A stretch of 64,000 bases of DNA, taken from the IMG/VR virus record IMGVR_UViG_3300032782_000004; one strand, given 5' to 3'. This stretch comes from a virus (taxonomy: Duplodnaviria > Heunggongvirae > Uroviricota > Caudoviricetes). Position 1 is the stretch's first letter; every line of letters begins with the position of its first letter. Made by a program: the position numbers and the translations under genes. The notes beneath the pieces are model-generated. The model worked only from the letters and a program-made list of their open reading frames with translations, did no database searches and was not told where the DNA came from. This document shows positions 19,221 through 28,039 of this stretch, piece after piece.

Positions 19221-19401
19221 CGCCCGAACGCCTCTTTCTCGGTGGAGCGCCTACCGTCGGTTTCGGCCAGATCGAAGCCATGGCGCCGGCGATTCCACCG
19301 TCATCGCCGTTTACTATCGCACTCGCGACCAGCGTGATGGGCGCCGCAGCAGGATGGGTCATCGAGGAGGTCGCGCTGGCCGTTCGAGGGAAACGCAAAC
19401 G

Positions 19402-20166
19402 ATGAACGAGATGATTTTCCTCGGGGCTTGCCCTGTCATCCGACCGGAGGGCATCTACTACGAAGGCCGAAAGGTGATTTCTCTCGGGCTCGGCGACGTC
19501 GGCGATCTGCTCGCTTACCGCCAAGAATGGGAGCCGTTCATCGCCGCGCACCTCGATCTATGGCGCTACGTGAACGGCTTGCTCGAAGGCATTCCTTCCG
19601 CGCAGACGTGTCCGCCCGGTATCTCGGATCCCCTGCAAGCTGTGAACATCAGCGAGTTTTGCCTCTTTCTCGATTTGACGCGCATTCGAATCAGCGACAC
19701 TAATCCTGGCGGCATCTTGCAGCAATGGAACGTCTGGAGCGGCAAGTCGAGCGCCGACATGGTCGCGGGCGCGTCGGACATGCTCAAGTGGTACCAGAGC
19801 GTCGTGACGCAAGTTGCTGGGCCGTACAAGGACGAGCTCGTTCGAATCGCGAACGCTTACAACATCACCTTGCGTTTACCCGATGTCCCAGATTTCAGCG
19901 CACAACAAGAGCTCATCGCGCGCATCGAGGGCGCGTACGTTACGACGAAGGGCGTACTTCAGATTTTAGGGTACGGCGCCGGCGAAGTGCTTGAGAGCGC
20001 GGCCAACGTGACGCAAGCGACAGCGCAGGGCTTGAGCGAAACGGCCAAAGGGATCAAAGGCGTTGTCACGAGCGCGTGGACGTGGATCGGTGTCGCAGCA
20101 GTTCTAGCCATCGTCGGCGGGGCACTCGTCGTCTACTACGTACCTCGACGACGCCCCGCCCAATAA
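19402..20166 (+). CDS. hypothetical tail-anchored membrane protein
   Basis: Internal start MNEMIFLG. C-terminus WIGVAAVLAIVGGALVVYYVPRRRP. Confidence 0.4.
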   Translation: MNEMIFLGACPVIRPEGIYYEGRKVISLGLGDVGDLLAYRQEWEPFIAAHLDLWRYVNGLLEGIPSAQTCPPGISDPLQAVNISEFCLFLDLTRIRISDTNPGGILQQWNVWSGKSSADMVAGASDMLKWYQSVVTQVAGPYKDELVRIANAYNITLRLPDVPDFSAQQELIARIEGAYVTTKGVLQILGYGAGEVLESAANVTQATAQGLSETAKGIKGVVTSAWTWIGVAAVLAIVGGALVVYYVPRRRPAQ

Positions 20167-20168
20167 GT

Positions 20169-20477
20169 TCATCGAGAGCGAAGGAGCCAGGTCAAAACGA
20201 TAACGCCGAGTACGATCACGACGACAACAAACGTCGACGGGCGCGCGTTTTTCAAGAAAAGTCGCATCCCAGTCGGATGAAGCGAGAACTTCGTCTCGCT
20301 CGGGAGCTCGTCGCGATATCGTTCGATCGAGCTTTGGCTTCTTCTCTCTTCCGCTTCCCCACGTAGCTCCGAGAGCGTTTCGCCAAAGCGGCGAACTCGA
20401 TGCCAAAGCACGATCACCTCGGCTTTGATCTCGTCCGACTCCTTCTCGAGTTCACGTAGCTGTTGGCGCTCGTCCAT
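20169..20477 (-). CDS. coiled-coil protein with C-terminal TM (holin/lysis-accessory-like)
   Basis: 102 aa. Charged helical N-terminus, C-terminus TFVVVVIVLGVIVLTWLLRSR. Confidence 0.35.
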   Translation of the reverse strand: MDERQQLRELEKESDEIKAEVIVLWHRVRRFGETLSELRGEAEERRSQSSIERYRDELPSETKFSLHPTGMRLFLKNARPSTFVVVVIVLGVIVLTWLLRSR

Positions 20478-20483
20478 TCGGAT

Positions 20484-20819
20484 TCAAGACGTGAGAACCC
20501 ACGCCGATCCATTCCACTGAGCGGTTCTCGGGGCGCCATCCGGCCCCACGTAACTGTAAAGTTGCCCGGCAACCGGGTTGCTTGGGAGCGCCCCCTGCGA
20601 GACGGTCGCGCCGCTCGCCATGCCGCCGATGAACGCGCCGATGACGGCCCCCGTTGCGCCGCCGACGACCATCGCGTCTTCGATGTCCCCGCCGTGCTTT
20701 GCGATAGCGTAACGCACACGAGGCCGCGTCTCCGCCGCGTACCGCCCAGCAGCGGCACCGGCCGCGCCCCCGAGCAGCGCGCCGAAAGCACTCCAGAGTC
20801 CTGTCTTGGCGTTGCTCAT
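20484..20819 (-). CDS. glycine-zipper small membrane protein
   Basis: Internal start MSNAKTGLWSAFGALLGGAAGAAAG...GGATGAVIGAFIGGMASG. Confidence 0.35.
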   Translation of the reverse strand: MSNAKTGLWSAFGALLGGAAGAAAGRYAAETRPRVRYAIAKHGGDIEDAMVVGGATGAVIGAFIGGMASGATVSQGALPSNPVAGQLYSYVGPDGAPRTAQWNGSAWVLTS

Positions 20820-20830
20820 TTTCGATCTCC

Positions 20831-21256
20831 CTAGGCGGTCTCGTACGGAGCCGCAAACAGCACGCACATGACGGGGACGGCTTGCATGCCCCGCACGACA
20901 ATGAACCACATGGCGTCGGACTCGAATGGGAGACGTACCACACTGTGCGCCGATCGCTCGACGATCCCGCGCATCAGCGTTGGGACCCCCCCACGCTCAC
21001 GCAAGCGGCGCACGTAGTCGGCACGCGGTTCGGCCTCGAACCCGGAGGGATCTTGCTCCGAAACGCGAATCACCAGATCTCCCGTCTTGAACGCGCTCCG
21101 CGCCGAACGGTACGCGGAAAGAATTTCACCGGGAGCGAACAGCGTGGAAACCAACCGTTGACATTCTTCGGTCGTCCCCGGCGCAAATTCGAGGCCTGTC
21201 TTGAGCGTCGTGCCTTGTACCGCTTCGAGCATGACGCCATGGTACCATACGTGCAT
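20831..21256 (-). CDS. hypothetical protein
   Basis: Start uncertain (ATG at 21254-21256 or downstream). Confidence 0.3.
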   Translation of the reverse strand: MHVWYHGVMLEAVQGTTLKTGLEFAPGTTEECQRLVSTLFAPGEILSAYRSARSAFKTGDLVIRVSEQDPSGFEAEPRADYVRRLRERGGVPTLMRGIVERSAHSVVRLPFESDAMWFIVVRGMQAVPVMCVLFAAPYETA

Positions 21257-21872
21257 GGTAGTTCGCGAATGCCCGCTGTTCACGAAGGTCGTCGATAGGC
21301 TCGCGCCCATCTCGCACGAACTCGCGTCCGCACTGAAAAGCAACGGGATCGGCGCTGTTGGCCGCTATCTCGACAACTTGACGGGCTACGAGCGCGATGG
21401 GCTGTTCGCCGCAGGGCTCGGTATTTTGCCGTTGTCCGAAGCTCCGGCGCCTTCTGCGCCGCTCTCGAGCGCATTCGGTCAAGCGCGCGCCGAAGCGCTC
21501 GTACAAAAAGCGCATCTCCTCGGCGTCCCCGCCGGCGTGCACGTGATGATTGATCTTGAGGGGCAACAGGGCGGTCACGCGGATGCGATGGCCTACGATG
21601 ACGCGCTCTCCGCCGAGCTCGCAAAAAACGGCTACATCCCGCTCGCGTACATCGGAGCCGGGCAGCCGCTCTCGGGTGCGGAGCTCTTCGCGTTGCCGCA
21701 CATTCGTCTCTACTGGCGCGGCGGATCGCTCGCCGTCCCGGAACCGCAATGTGGATTTGCGCTCTGGCAGATCCCACCGCTCGAGCAGACAGTTTCAGGG
21801 GCGATCGTCGACGTGAGCATCACGGGCGCCGACTTGCGCGGACGACGCCCGATGTTGTGGTTCCAGAACTAG
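21255..21872 (+). CDS. putative glycoside hydrolase-like (DUF1906/Rv2525c-like) cell-wall hydrolase
   Basis: N-terminus ELASALKSNGIGAVGRYL and overall length resemble TIM-barrel GH25-like hydrolases. Weak, pattern-based call. Confidence 0.35.
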   Translation: MVVRECPLFTKVVDRLAPISHELASALKSNGIGAVGRYLDNLTGYERDGLFAAGLGILPLSEAPAPSAPLSSAFGQARAEALVQKAHLLGVPAGVHVMIDLEGQQGGHADAMAYDDALSAELAKNGYIPLAYIGAGQPLSGAELFALPHIRLYWRGGSLAVPEPQCGFALWQIPPLEQTVSGAIVDVSITGADLRGRRPMLWFQN

Positions 21873-21913
21873 AATAGACGGGCCCTACTTCCCGTGGAGC
21901 GGAAGAATTCTTC

Positions 21914-22897
21914 TTAGGGGAGACCGTGCGGCCAATTGACCGCAATGCCCGACGCCGCCGCCGATTCTGCTTGCTTGAGCGTCATGCCGGGCCGGTAGTT
22001 CGCCGCAAGCCCCTTGTTCGACCACGTCTGGACGTCGATCAACGCCGGGTAGACCGGCGTCGGAGCGGGCGTCGGGACGTTGCCGCCGAAAGAATCGAAG
22101 GCCGCGATCAGATCGCCCCAAGCAACACCGTTCGGAGCCTTCTGTTGCCCCTTCGCGAGCATGTCGAGCGTGATGACAGAGTAGAGCTCGCCGCCGCCGG
22201 AAGGCCCGGCCTCCGCGGCGATGGCGGCCGCTGTAAACGTTCCGAAGAGCCCCCATGTATCGATCTTGATCCCCGCTCCGGATCCGGACGAAACACCGCC
22301 TACGCCCAAGAACGCGTGTCCGTTGTTCGGATCAGGCGTCGCCCTGTCCCAAATGAATCCGTCACCGCTCGGGAACGGATCGACGTACGAGTCGGGTAGC
22401 CCGACGCCGAAGCAGAGATTCTCGAACAGATACGCTGCCGCCACGACGTCCGCGAAGTTCGCCGCATTGATCGAGACGTAGCCGAGTATCTTCTCGCTGT
22501 TCGGGAGACCAGTCGTCTTCCAATACTTGAAGACGTCGGTCAGGACGCATCCGTTGTCGGTGCTCGGATCACCAGGCACGTAGCCGCCGACTTTGGAGTA
22601 CGCCGACACGATTTGCGTCGCGGCCGCATGGTACGGGGTGCCAGTCGCGTTGCCCGTGAAAGTCGCCGCCGCGTGGAACATCATCGCGATAGCGCAATCC
22701 CCGAGCACGTCGTTGTCGTAGATGTCGCGCAACGGCACGAGCGCCTTCGACGAGAAATCGAACGCCTGCGGGACCGGCGGCAGTTTCGAGTGCACAACGA
22801 AATCGGAGAAATGCAAGTGCATCTCACCGGGCCGGCGCGGTTTCAAGCCGCCGATTTTGACGTTGCGCCCGAGATGTGGTGCGAATACTTCCTTCAC
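21914..22897 (-). CDS. papain-like (C1-like) cysteine peptidase
   Basis: NDVLGDCAIAMMFHA resembles the papain Cys motif (G-x-C-x-x-x-W/A-F). NNGHAFLGVGG resembles the His motif. Confidence 0.45.
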   Translation of the reverse strand: MKEVFAPHLGRNVKIGGLKPRRPGEMHLHFSDFVVHSKLPPVPQAFDFSSKALVPLRDIYDNDVLGDCAIAMMFHAAATFTGNATGTPYHAAATQIVSAYSKVGGYVPGDPSTDNGCVLTDVFKYWKTTGLPNSEKILGYVSINAANFADVVAAAYLFENLCFGVGLPDSYVDPFPSGDGFIWDRATPDPNNGHAFLGVGGVSSGSGAGIKIDTWGLFGTFTAAAIAAEAGPSGGGELYSVITLDMLAKGQQKAPNGVAWGDLIAAFDSFGGNVPTPAPTPVYPALIDVQTWSNKGLAANYRPGMTLKQAESAAASGIAVNWPHGLP

Positions 22898-22922
22898 GAT
22901 CGTCTTCTCCCTTTCGAGTCTG

Positions 22923-23249
22923 TCAACGGCCGCTGTCGGTGACGAGAGCGCCGCGAGCGTTACGCGCGGCGTTCAAGCCCGCATTGATAGCAGCGTCGGG
23001 TCCGTCTTCTTCGTAAATCGTACACACCGCTTCGAAGACGCGCGTCACCTGCTCGATGGACAACGCCTGCGCGCTCGCTGCCGTTTGCAAATCGCCGAAG
23101 CGGTTCGTCGCCCACGTTACGCACCGATCTACGCCGGCGTCGTGAACAGGTGTCGGCGGCATTGGCGGCGGCGCCGGCGCGGGCTTCAGTTGACACGAGG
23201 AAAGCGCGGCGCAGCAGACCGCAACACGAAGCAAGCGCGTCATTTTCAT
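22923..23249 (-). CDS. lipoprotein
   Basis: Internal start MKMTRLLRVAVCCAALSSC (signal peptide + lipobox LSSC). Confidence 0.45.
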   Translation of the reverse strand: MKMTRLLRVAVCCAALSSCQLKPAPAPPPMPPTPVHDAGVDRCVTWATNRFGDLQTAASAQALSIEQVTRVFEAVCTIYEEDGPDAAINAGLNAARNARGALVTDSGR

Positions 23250-23425
23250 TCCGCCTTTCCCACGTGGTACCCGAGATAAAAGCCCGCAGCCGTGCCGAGC
23301 ACGAAGCACACGCCGAACACGGCCCACGACATGCGAAACAATACCACTCGAATCGCTAGGCGGTCAGTCTGGATCCTCGATACTTGGCAGTAGCCGGAAT
23401 TGAAATCCGGCCACTACCCCGATAT

Positions 23426-24055
23426 TTACTGCCACGAAGTGGTCGTGCGGCTACCGCCTGGCGTCGGGCACGAACTGCACCCGCCAAGAGCAACCGAGCT
23501 CACGTAGCCCTTGACGGATCCGTCGTACCCCCAGCACCCTCCGACGCAGTCTTCTCCGTTCGGAGTGTAACCGCATACGACGAGGTTCGTCGCGCCGCAG
23601 CCGTACTCTACCGTGCACATCGTAGCGAACGATGCGTGACAGGCCTTCATGGCCTGGTCCTCGTTGTACGTTCCAGCCGGCACGCAATCCTGCCACGTCT
23701 GGCCCGTACCGTTGTCGTGCGTGATGGGCGTAGAGCACACATCGGTCCCGCCGACGCCGATAGCACCACCGGCGTTGACCGCGCCGCCCATGCTCGTGCC
23801 ACCCGTGCCGCCGCTAGCGTGCGCGCCGCCCGTGCCGCTCGCGCCGCCCGTGCCGCTCGCGCCGCCCGTGCCGCCAGCACCGAACGGCGGAGCCGCATCG
23901 CGCCCCGCGTCGTCGTCGAAGCGGCCGATCGCGCCGGCGTCGTTGTCGACGACCGCGCCCGCATCGTCCTCGATAGGGCTTCGCCCGAACAGCGCGAACG
24001 GTGTGTTGTCGCATCCGATCAAAGCCAGCGCTGCGAAGCACAGAAATTTGGTCAT
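23426..24055 (-). CDS. Gly-rich, Cys-rich secreted lipoprotein
   Basis: MTKFLCFAALALIGC has a lipobox. GTGGASGTGGASGTGG repeats. Cys-rich C-terminal half. Confidence 0.45.
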   Translation of the reverse strand: MTKFLCFAALALIGCDNTPFALFGRSPIEDDAGAVVDNDAGAIGRFDDDAGRDAAPPFGAGGTGGASGTGGASGTGGAHASGGTGGTSMGGAVNAGGAIGVGGTDVCSTPITHDNGTGQTWQDCVPAGTYNEDQAMKACHASFATMCTVEYGCGATNLVVCGYTPNGEDCVGGCWGYDGSVKGYVSSVALGGCSSCPTPGGSRTTTSWQ

Positions 24056-24233
24056 TGTATCGTCCCGAGAGTACGGACGATGGCGTTCAAAACTTCCCTA
24101 CGGCGCGCGGCGAATACCGGATGTTCGATGACGTTGGACGAGATCGCAAGCATAGCGAGAACTTGCTGGCGGTGCCCTTCCACCCATGTTGCGTAGCGTG
24201 AGCGAAATGGAATGACCGTCTGGAAACCGTTTC

Positions 24234-24557
24234 TCATTTTGCGATTAGTCCTTCGAGCGGATCACCGAACCCTTCGGCGATGGCTAGTTTCTGGTAACGA
24301 ACCGCCTCGTTGATATACGGGAGCGACGCGAGCACAGCTTCTTCGCTGTCAGGCGCGAACACCAAGTAGGAGCAAGCGAGCTGCTGCACGGCGAGATATC
24401 GCGCGCTCGGTCTCTTGTCTCGCTCCTGCCCCGGACGGTACTCGCGCCAGATCGCGTCGCGGATTTTTTTCGGAAGTGAAAACCAGTGATCACGACACGC
24501 GAACATGCGTAGCGGCACTTGCCGCTTGCAGCCTGGCGCGTGACAGCGATGCGCCAT
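24234..24557 (-). CDS. zinc-finger protein (C-x4-C ... C-x2-H-W)
   Basis: HAPGCKRQVPLRMFACRDHWFSLPKKIRDAIW. Putative Zn-binding motif at the N-terminus. Confidence 0.35.
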   Translation of the reverse strand: MAHRCHAPGCKRQVPLRMFACRDHWFSLPKKIRDAIWREYRPGQERDKRPSARYLAVQQLACSYLVFAPDSEEAVLASLPYINEAVRYQKLAIAEGFGDPLEGLIAK

Positions 24558-25048
24558 CTAGCTCTCCTTCGGCTCGTCGTCGTCTATCTTGAACGTGTGG
24601 GAGCGCCCGTCCGTATTCGGTATGTCCGCTCGTGCGGCCGCAAGCTCCAGTGCGATGACACGCATATGTCGAGCAGCGAAAGCGGCGAGTGAAGGCGGCT
24701 CAACCGTTCGAACGGCTTCCTCCGACACCTCCGCATAGTACCCTAACTGGGTCCGCAAGCTCTGAGCGATACGGTCGAGAAAAACTGGGTCGTTGCTCTT
24801 TGTAACCCGCGGGGTGAGCCCGCCGTCCGAATCTCGGACGAATTCCATCAACCCACGCCGCAACCAGCGATCGACGTCCTCTCGCACATCCGGATGCGCG
24901 TACAGCACCGTCGCGAGCCCGCCTGCCCACGCCATTCGCAGCGTGTCGTACTCTTCGTCCGGCAGACGTACGCGGAGAATCTTCATGATCCAACCTCCAT
25001 TGCCCGCTCGTCGGTGAAGTTTCGCGTCTAATTCTTCTCGTGTTCGCA
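24558..25048 (-). CDS. hypothetical protein
   Basis: ATG at 25046-25048 preceded by AAGGGAGAA RBS. The upstream portion of the listed ORF is judged non-coding. Confidence 0.4.
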
Positions 25049-25182
25049 TGGCGTATTCTCCCTTGCCACTCGATTGATCAGCGCGCCTACCGCCAGCGCC
25101 GCGAACCCGCAGCCCAGCGCGAGTGCCCAGAGCGCAGCGGCCAGAAGGCCAAGCGCGAAGAGGACGGGGGCTCGAAGGAGGG

Positions 25183-26331
25183 TCATTGCGCCAACCTATT
25201 CCCAAACCTATCCACCTCGTAAAGCACCGTCCCTTTGCGAAATGCGACTTTGTGCGGGTATTCTGGCGAGCTATCCCAAGTATGCAAATCTATTATTGCA
25301 ATTTCGATCGCGACATACCTATCTTTGGCTGTACTGCGAAACTCGTCGGCGAAGTAGGGCCGCGCGACAGCATGAAATTTCCCTGATCCGCATTCCTCTT
25401 TGTCCGGAGCCCATCTGGGATGCTCAAGCGTCCCCCCTGGCTTCCACACCGTCTCGTTCGGCGTGTTTTCCTGTGTCTTCCAGTCTCTCGATACGCGCTT
25501 GTACAGGACGACTTTTTCTGCTGGCTCGATCGCATGCGCCTCTAACCATCCAGTCGTTCCGAGCGGTGTGCTCGGCTGCACGATTGTAGCGGTGGGAGAC
25601 TTGCTAGCGACCTTCGCCGTCGCGACTAACAGAATTGCTACGGCGAAGCTGAAAAGATCTATCACGGAGAACGATGAATAAACGTGAACAGCAACGGACC
25701 CCCACGCCTCGACATGCGAGGATTCCCGCGCCTCGACATGCGAGGACCCCCACGCCTCGACATGCGAGGACCCCCACGCCTCGACATGCGAGGACCCCCA
25801 CGCCTCGACATGCGAGGACCCCCACGCCTCGACATGCGAGGACTCCCACGCCACGACGTGCGAGGATTCCCGCGCCTCGACGTGCGAGGACCCCCACGCC
25901 ACGACGTGCGAGGATTCCCGCGCCTCGACGTGCGAGGACCCCCGCGCCACGACGTGCGAGGACTCCCGCGCCTCGACGTGCGAGGACCCCCGCGCCACGA
26001 CGTGCGAGGACTCCCGCGCCACGACGTGCGAGGACTCCCACGCCTCGACATGCGAGGATTCCCGCGCCTCGACGTGCGAGGACCCCCGCGCCACGACGTG
26101 CGAGGACTCCCACGCCTCGACATGCGAGGATTCCCGCGCCTCGACGTGCGAGGACCCCCGCGCCACGACGTGCGAGGACCCCCACGCCTCGACATGCGAG
26201 GATTGCGGGATCTTCGAGATCTGAAGCCTGATGTCGGGGGCGCTCCGGATTTCGATCCACGTCTCGGCATCGAAGGATGCGGGGAGCGCGTCCAATTCGG
26301 CCTGCGTATGGACTACTACAATCTTCATCAT
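25183..26331 (-). CDS. octapeptide tandem-repeat protein (SSHV[EV]A[WR][GE] x ~21) with unique N- and C-terminal domains
   Basis: ATG ATG at 26331 preceded by GAGGAG. The repeat region is translated as SSHVEAWGSSHVVARG... and is flanked by non-repetitive N-terminal (44 aa) and C-terminal (~170 aa) sequence. The other frames over the repeat lack such flanks. Confidence 0.5.
   Translation of the reverse strand: MMKIVVVHTQAELDALPASFDAETWIEIRSAPDIRLQISKIPQSSHVEAWGSSHVVARGSSHVEARESSHVEAWESSHVVARGSSHVEARESSHVEAWESSHVVARESSHVVARGSSHVEARESSHVVARGSSHVEARESSHVVAWGSSHVEARESSHVVAWESSHVEAWGSSHVEAWGSSHVEAWGSSHVEAWGSSHVEARESSHVEAWGSVAVHVYSSFSVIDLFSFAVAILLVATAKVASKSPTATIVQPSTPLGTTGWLEAHAIEPAEKVVLYKRVSRDWKTQENTPNETVWKPGGTLEHPRWAPDKEECGSGKFHAVARPYFADEFRSTAKDRYVAIEIAIIDLHTWDSSPEYPHKVAFRKGTVLYEVDRFGNRLAQ
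25697..26205. repeat. perfect/near-perfect 24-bp tandem repeat (~21 copies)
   Basis: Unit gacccccacgcctcgacatgcgag with few substitutions. Open in four reading frames. Confidence 0.85.
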
Positions 26332-26390
26332 TGCTCCTCGAATCTATCTAGGGTCATCATCCTCGCTGCTTTCCAATTCGATTCGGGTCG

Positions 26391-27092
26391 TCACCTCTGT
26401 TTCCGCGCCACGTCTGCCTCTTTCGCGCGCAGTGTATCAATCTCCTCGGCTTGCTCGTCGGTGCAATGCTGTGCTCCGGCGAGTTTCCGCTCGAGGCTTT
26501 CATTCTGTTCGCGCAGGGCGGAGAGCTCTGCCCGCAGCTTGTTCGTGTCCTCGTACGCTTTTGCAGCGATCCCACTCATCTTCAAGCAGTCAGCCCGTGC
26601 CTCTTTCGCTCGCGCTTCAGCGATGAGCGTGGCGCCGCGGTCTTCGAAGTGTTTCTCGTTCAATCGCCGGAGCTCTTTCCTCTGCCGCGAGCACTTGCCG
26701 CGGAGGCGCTCGTTTTGCGCGTCGACGTTCTGCCCGCAATCGAGTGCGATTCGTGCGTGGCGCTCCAGCTCCGCGTTCTTCGCCTCCGCCGCGGCGAGCT
26801 TCTCGAAAAGCGTTGCCGCGTCCTGAGTCCGGATGGTGAGCACCGACTTGCCGGCGTTACGCGCAGTGTTGATGGCGTTGACCATATCGGCTAGTTCGCG
26901 GTCGGAGATTGGCCCGCGGCCGTGCGCCCCTTCCCCGACTTCGGTCTTCGGCGGGGCGGCCCGCAGTGAGCACCCCGCGGTGAGTAGCGGTCGCATCCTC
27001 TCCAGCTCTTGCTGGGCGGAGAGGGAGGCGTCGCGCCGACCGGCAACACCACCTTGAGCCTGCCCCGTCGTGCCATCGGGTGCGTCAGACAT
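26391..27092 (-). CDS. coiled-coil protein
   Basis: 233 aa. Long heptad-like charged helices (AELERHARIALD...ELSALREQNESLERKL). Confidence 0.4.
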   Translation of the reverse strand: MSDAPDGTTGQAQGGVAGRRDASLSAQQELERMRPLLTAGCSLRAAPPKTEVGEGAHGRGPISDRELADMVNAINTARNAGKSVLTIRTQDAATLFEKLAAAEAKNAELERHARIALDCGQNVDAQNERLRGKCSRQRKELRRLNEKHFEDRGATLIAEARAKEARADCLKMSGIAAKAYEDTNKLRAELSALREQNESLERKLAGAQHCTDEQAEEIDTLRAKEADVARKQR

Positions 27093-27288
27093 CGCGAGTC
27101 TCCTTCGCGCGCTCCGGCTTCAGGCGGTGCAACTCGCTCTCCTCGAACCAGCACCTTCCGCGAGGAGCGTCAAGGAGTTCACCGTAAACGATCGTTCGAC
27201 GCACCTCGGTCACGCGGAAGCGGCGACGATCGCCTATCGCGGGCTGGTATGTGTAGATATGGCCAACGCGGATTTCGTGGATGTTCAT
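27085..27288 (-). CDS. small hypothetical protein
   Basis: Internal start MNIHEIRV, ~67 aa. Confidence 0.25.
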   Translation of the reverse strand: MNIHEIRVGHIYTYQPAIGDRRRFRVTEVRRTIVYGELLDAPRGRCWFEESELHRLKPERAKETRDV

Positions 27289-27691
27289 CAGATTCTCTTC
27301 CACCTTTCGATCGGAGTCGCGTACGGCAGCCGGCACGTGGAGAGCTTCACGCCGCCACCGCCCTTTCCCTGCGGCAAGTTCGCGCGCACGAGCGCCTCGG
27401 CGAGCTCGGGACAAACGCTGTTTCCGATAAGTCGCACCGGCCGGCGAGCGTCTCTCGGGCCATCGCGCCGCAGAAGTGCGCCGCCGATCGCTGCGAAAGC
27501 CCAGTGGTGCCGTACAATCCGCCGCTGGCGTGGATGCCCCACCCGTGCACTTCCGTGCCGCCTCCGTTCAGACCGATGAGCGCTGCATAGACTTGCAGCC
27601 GCGTCGGCGACGGTGGAACGGCCGGTATCGGGAACTCCCACGGCGGCGAGTCGTAAAAAGGCTCGTGAAGCCCATGCGATGAGCGACGGCA

Positions 27692-28039
27692 TCAGAAAGG
27701 TCCTTTCTTCGCCGCCGCGATCCTCTCGCAACGCTCTGCTTCCTTGGTCATGCCGACCACGCTCGAGGGGGACTTGTCGAAGAGCCTTGCGATCTCGTTG
27801 TTGCTCTTGCCTTGACTCTTGAGCCACAAGTAAACCGAACGCCGAGCGGCACACACGGATGCCGTCCGAGGACCGCCGTACAGATCCTTCAAGGAGATGC
27901 GGTGCGCGAGCGAACGTGCTTCGATCTCCTTACGTAGCCCGATCTCGCTGATCCGCAGAACAAACTTCGAAAACGATCGTCTCATCCTGAGCTCCAAAAC
28001 GGCACGAATCTGCTTCCCGTTCACATCTCTCGCCGTCAT
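27692..28039 (-). CDS. DnaA C-terminal domain-like helix-turn-helix protein
   Basis: KDLYGGPRTASVCAARRSVYLWLKSQGKSNNEIARLFDKSPSSV resembles DnaA domain IV. ATGA overlap with the SNF2 gene. Confidence 0.45.
   Translation of the reverse strand: MTARDVNGKQIRAVLELRMRRSFSKFVLRISEIGLRKEIEARSLAHRISLKDLYGGPRTASVCAARRSVYLWLKSQGKSNNEIARLFDKSPSSVVGMTKEAERCERIAAAKKGPF

Noticed and set aside
25604-26826. Alternative frames across the 24-bp repeat (PRTS..., RGAG..., TPRHAR...)
   Set aside because: They lack non-repetitive flanking domains and RBS; the minus-strand SSHVEAW frame has both.
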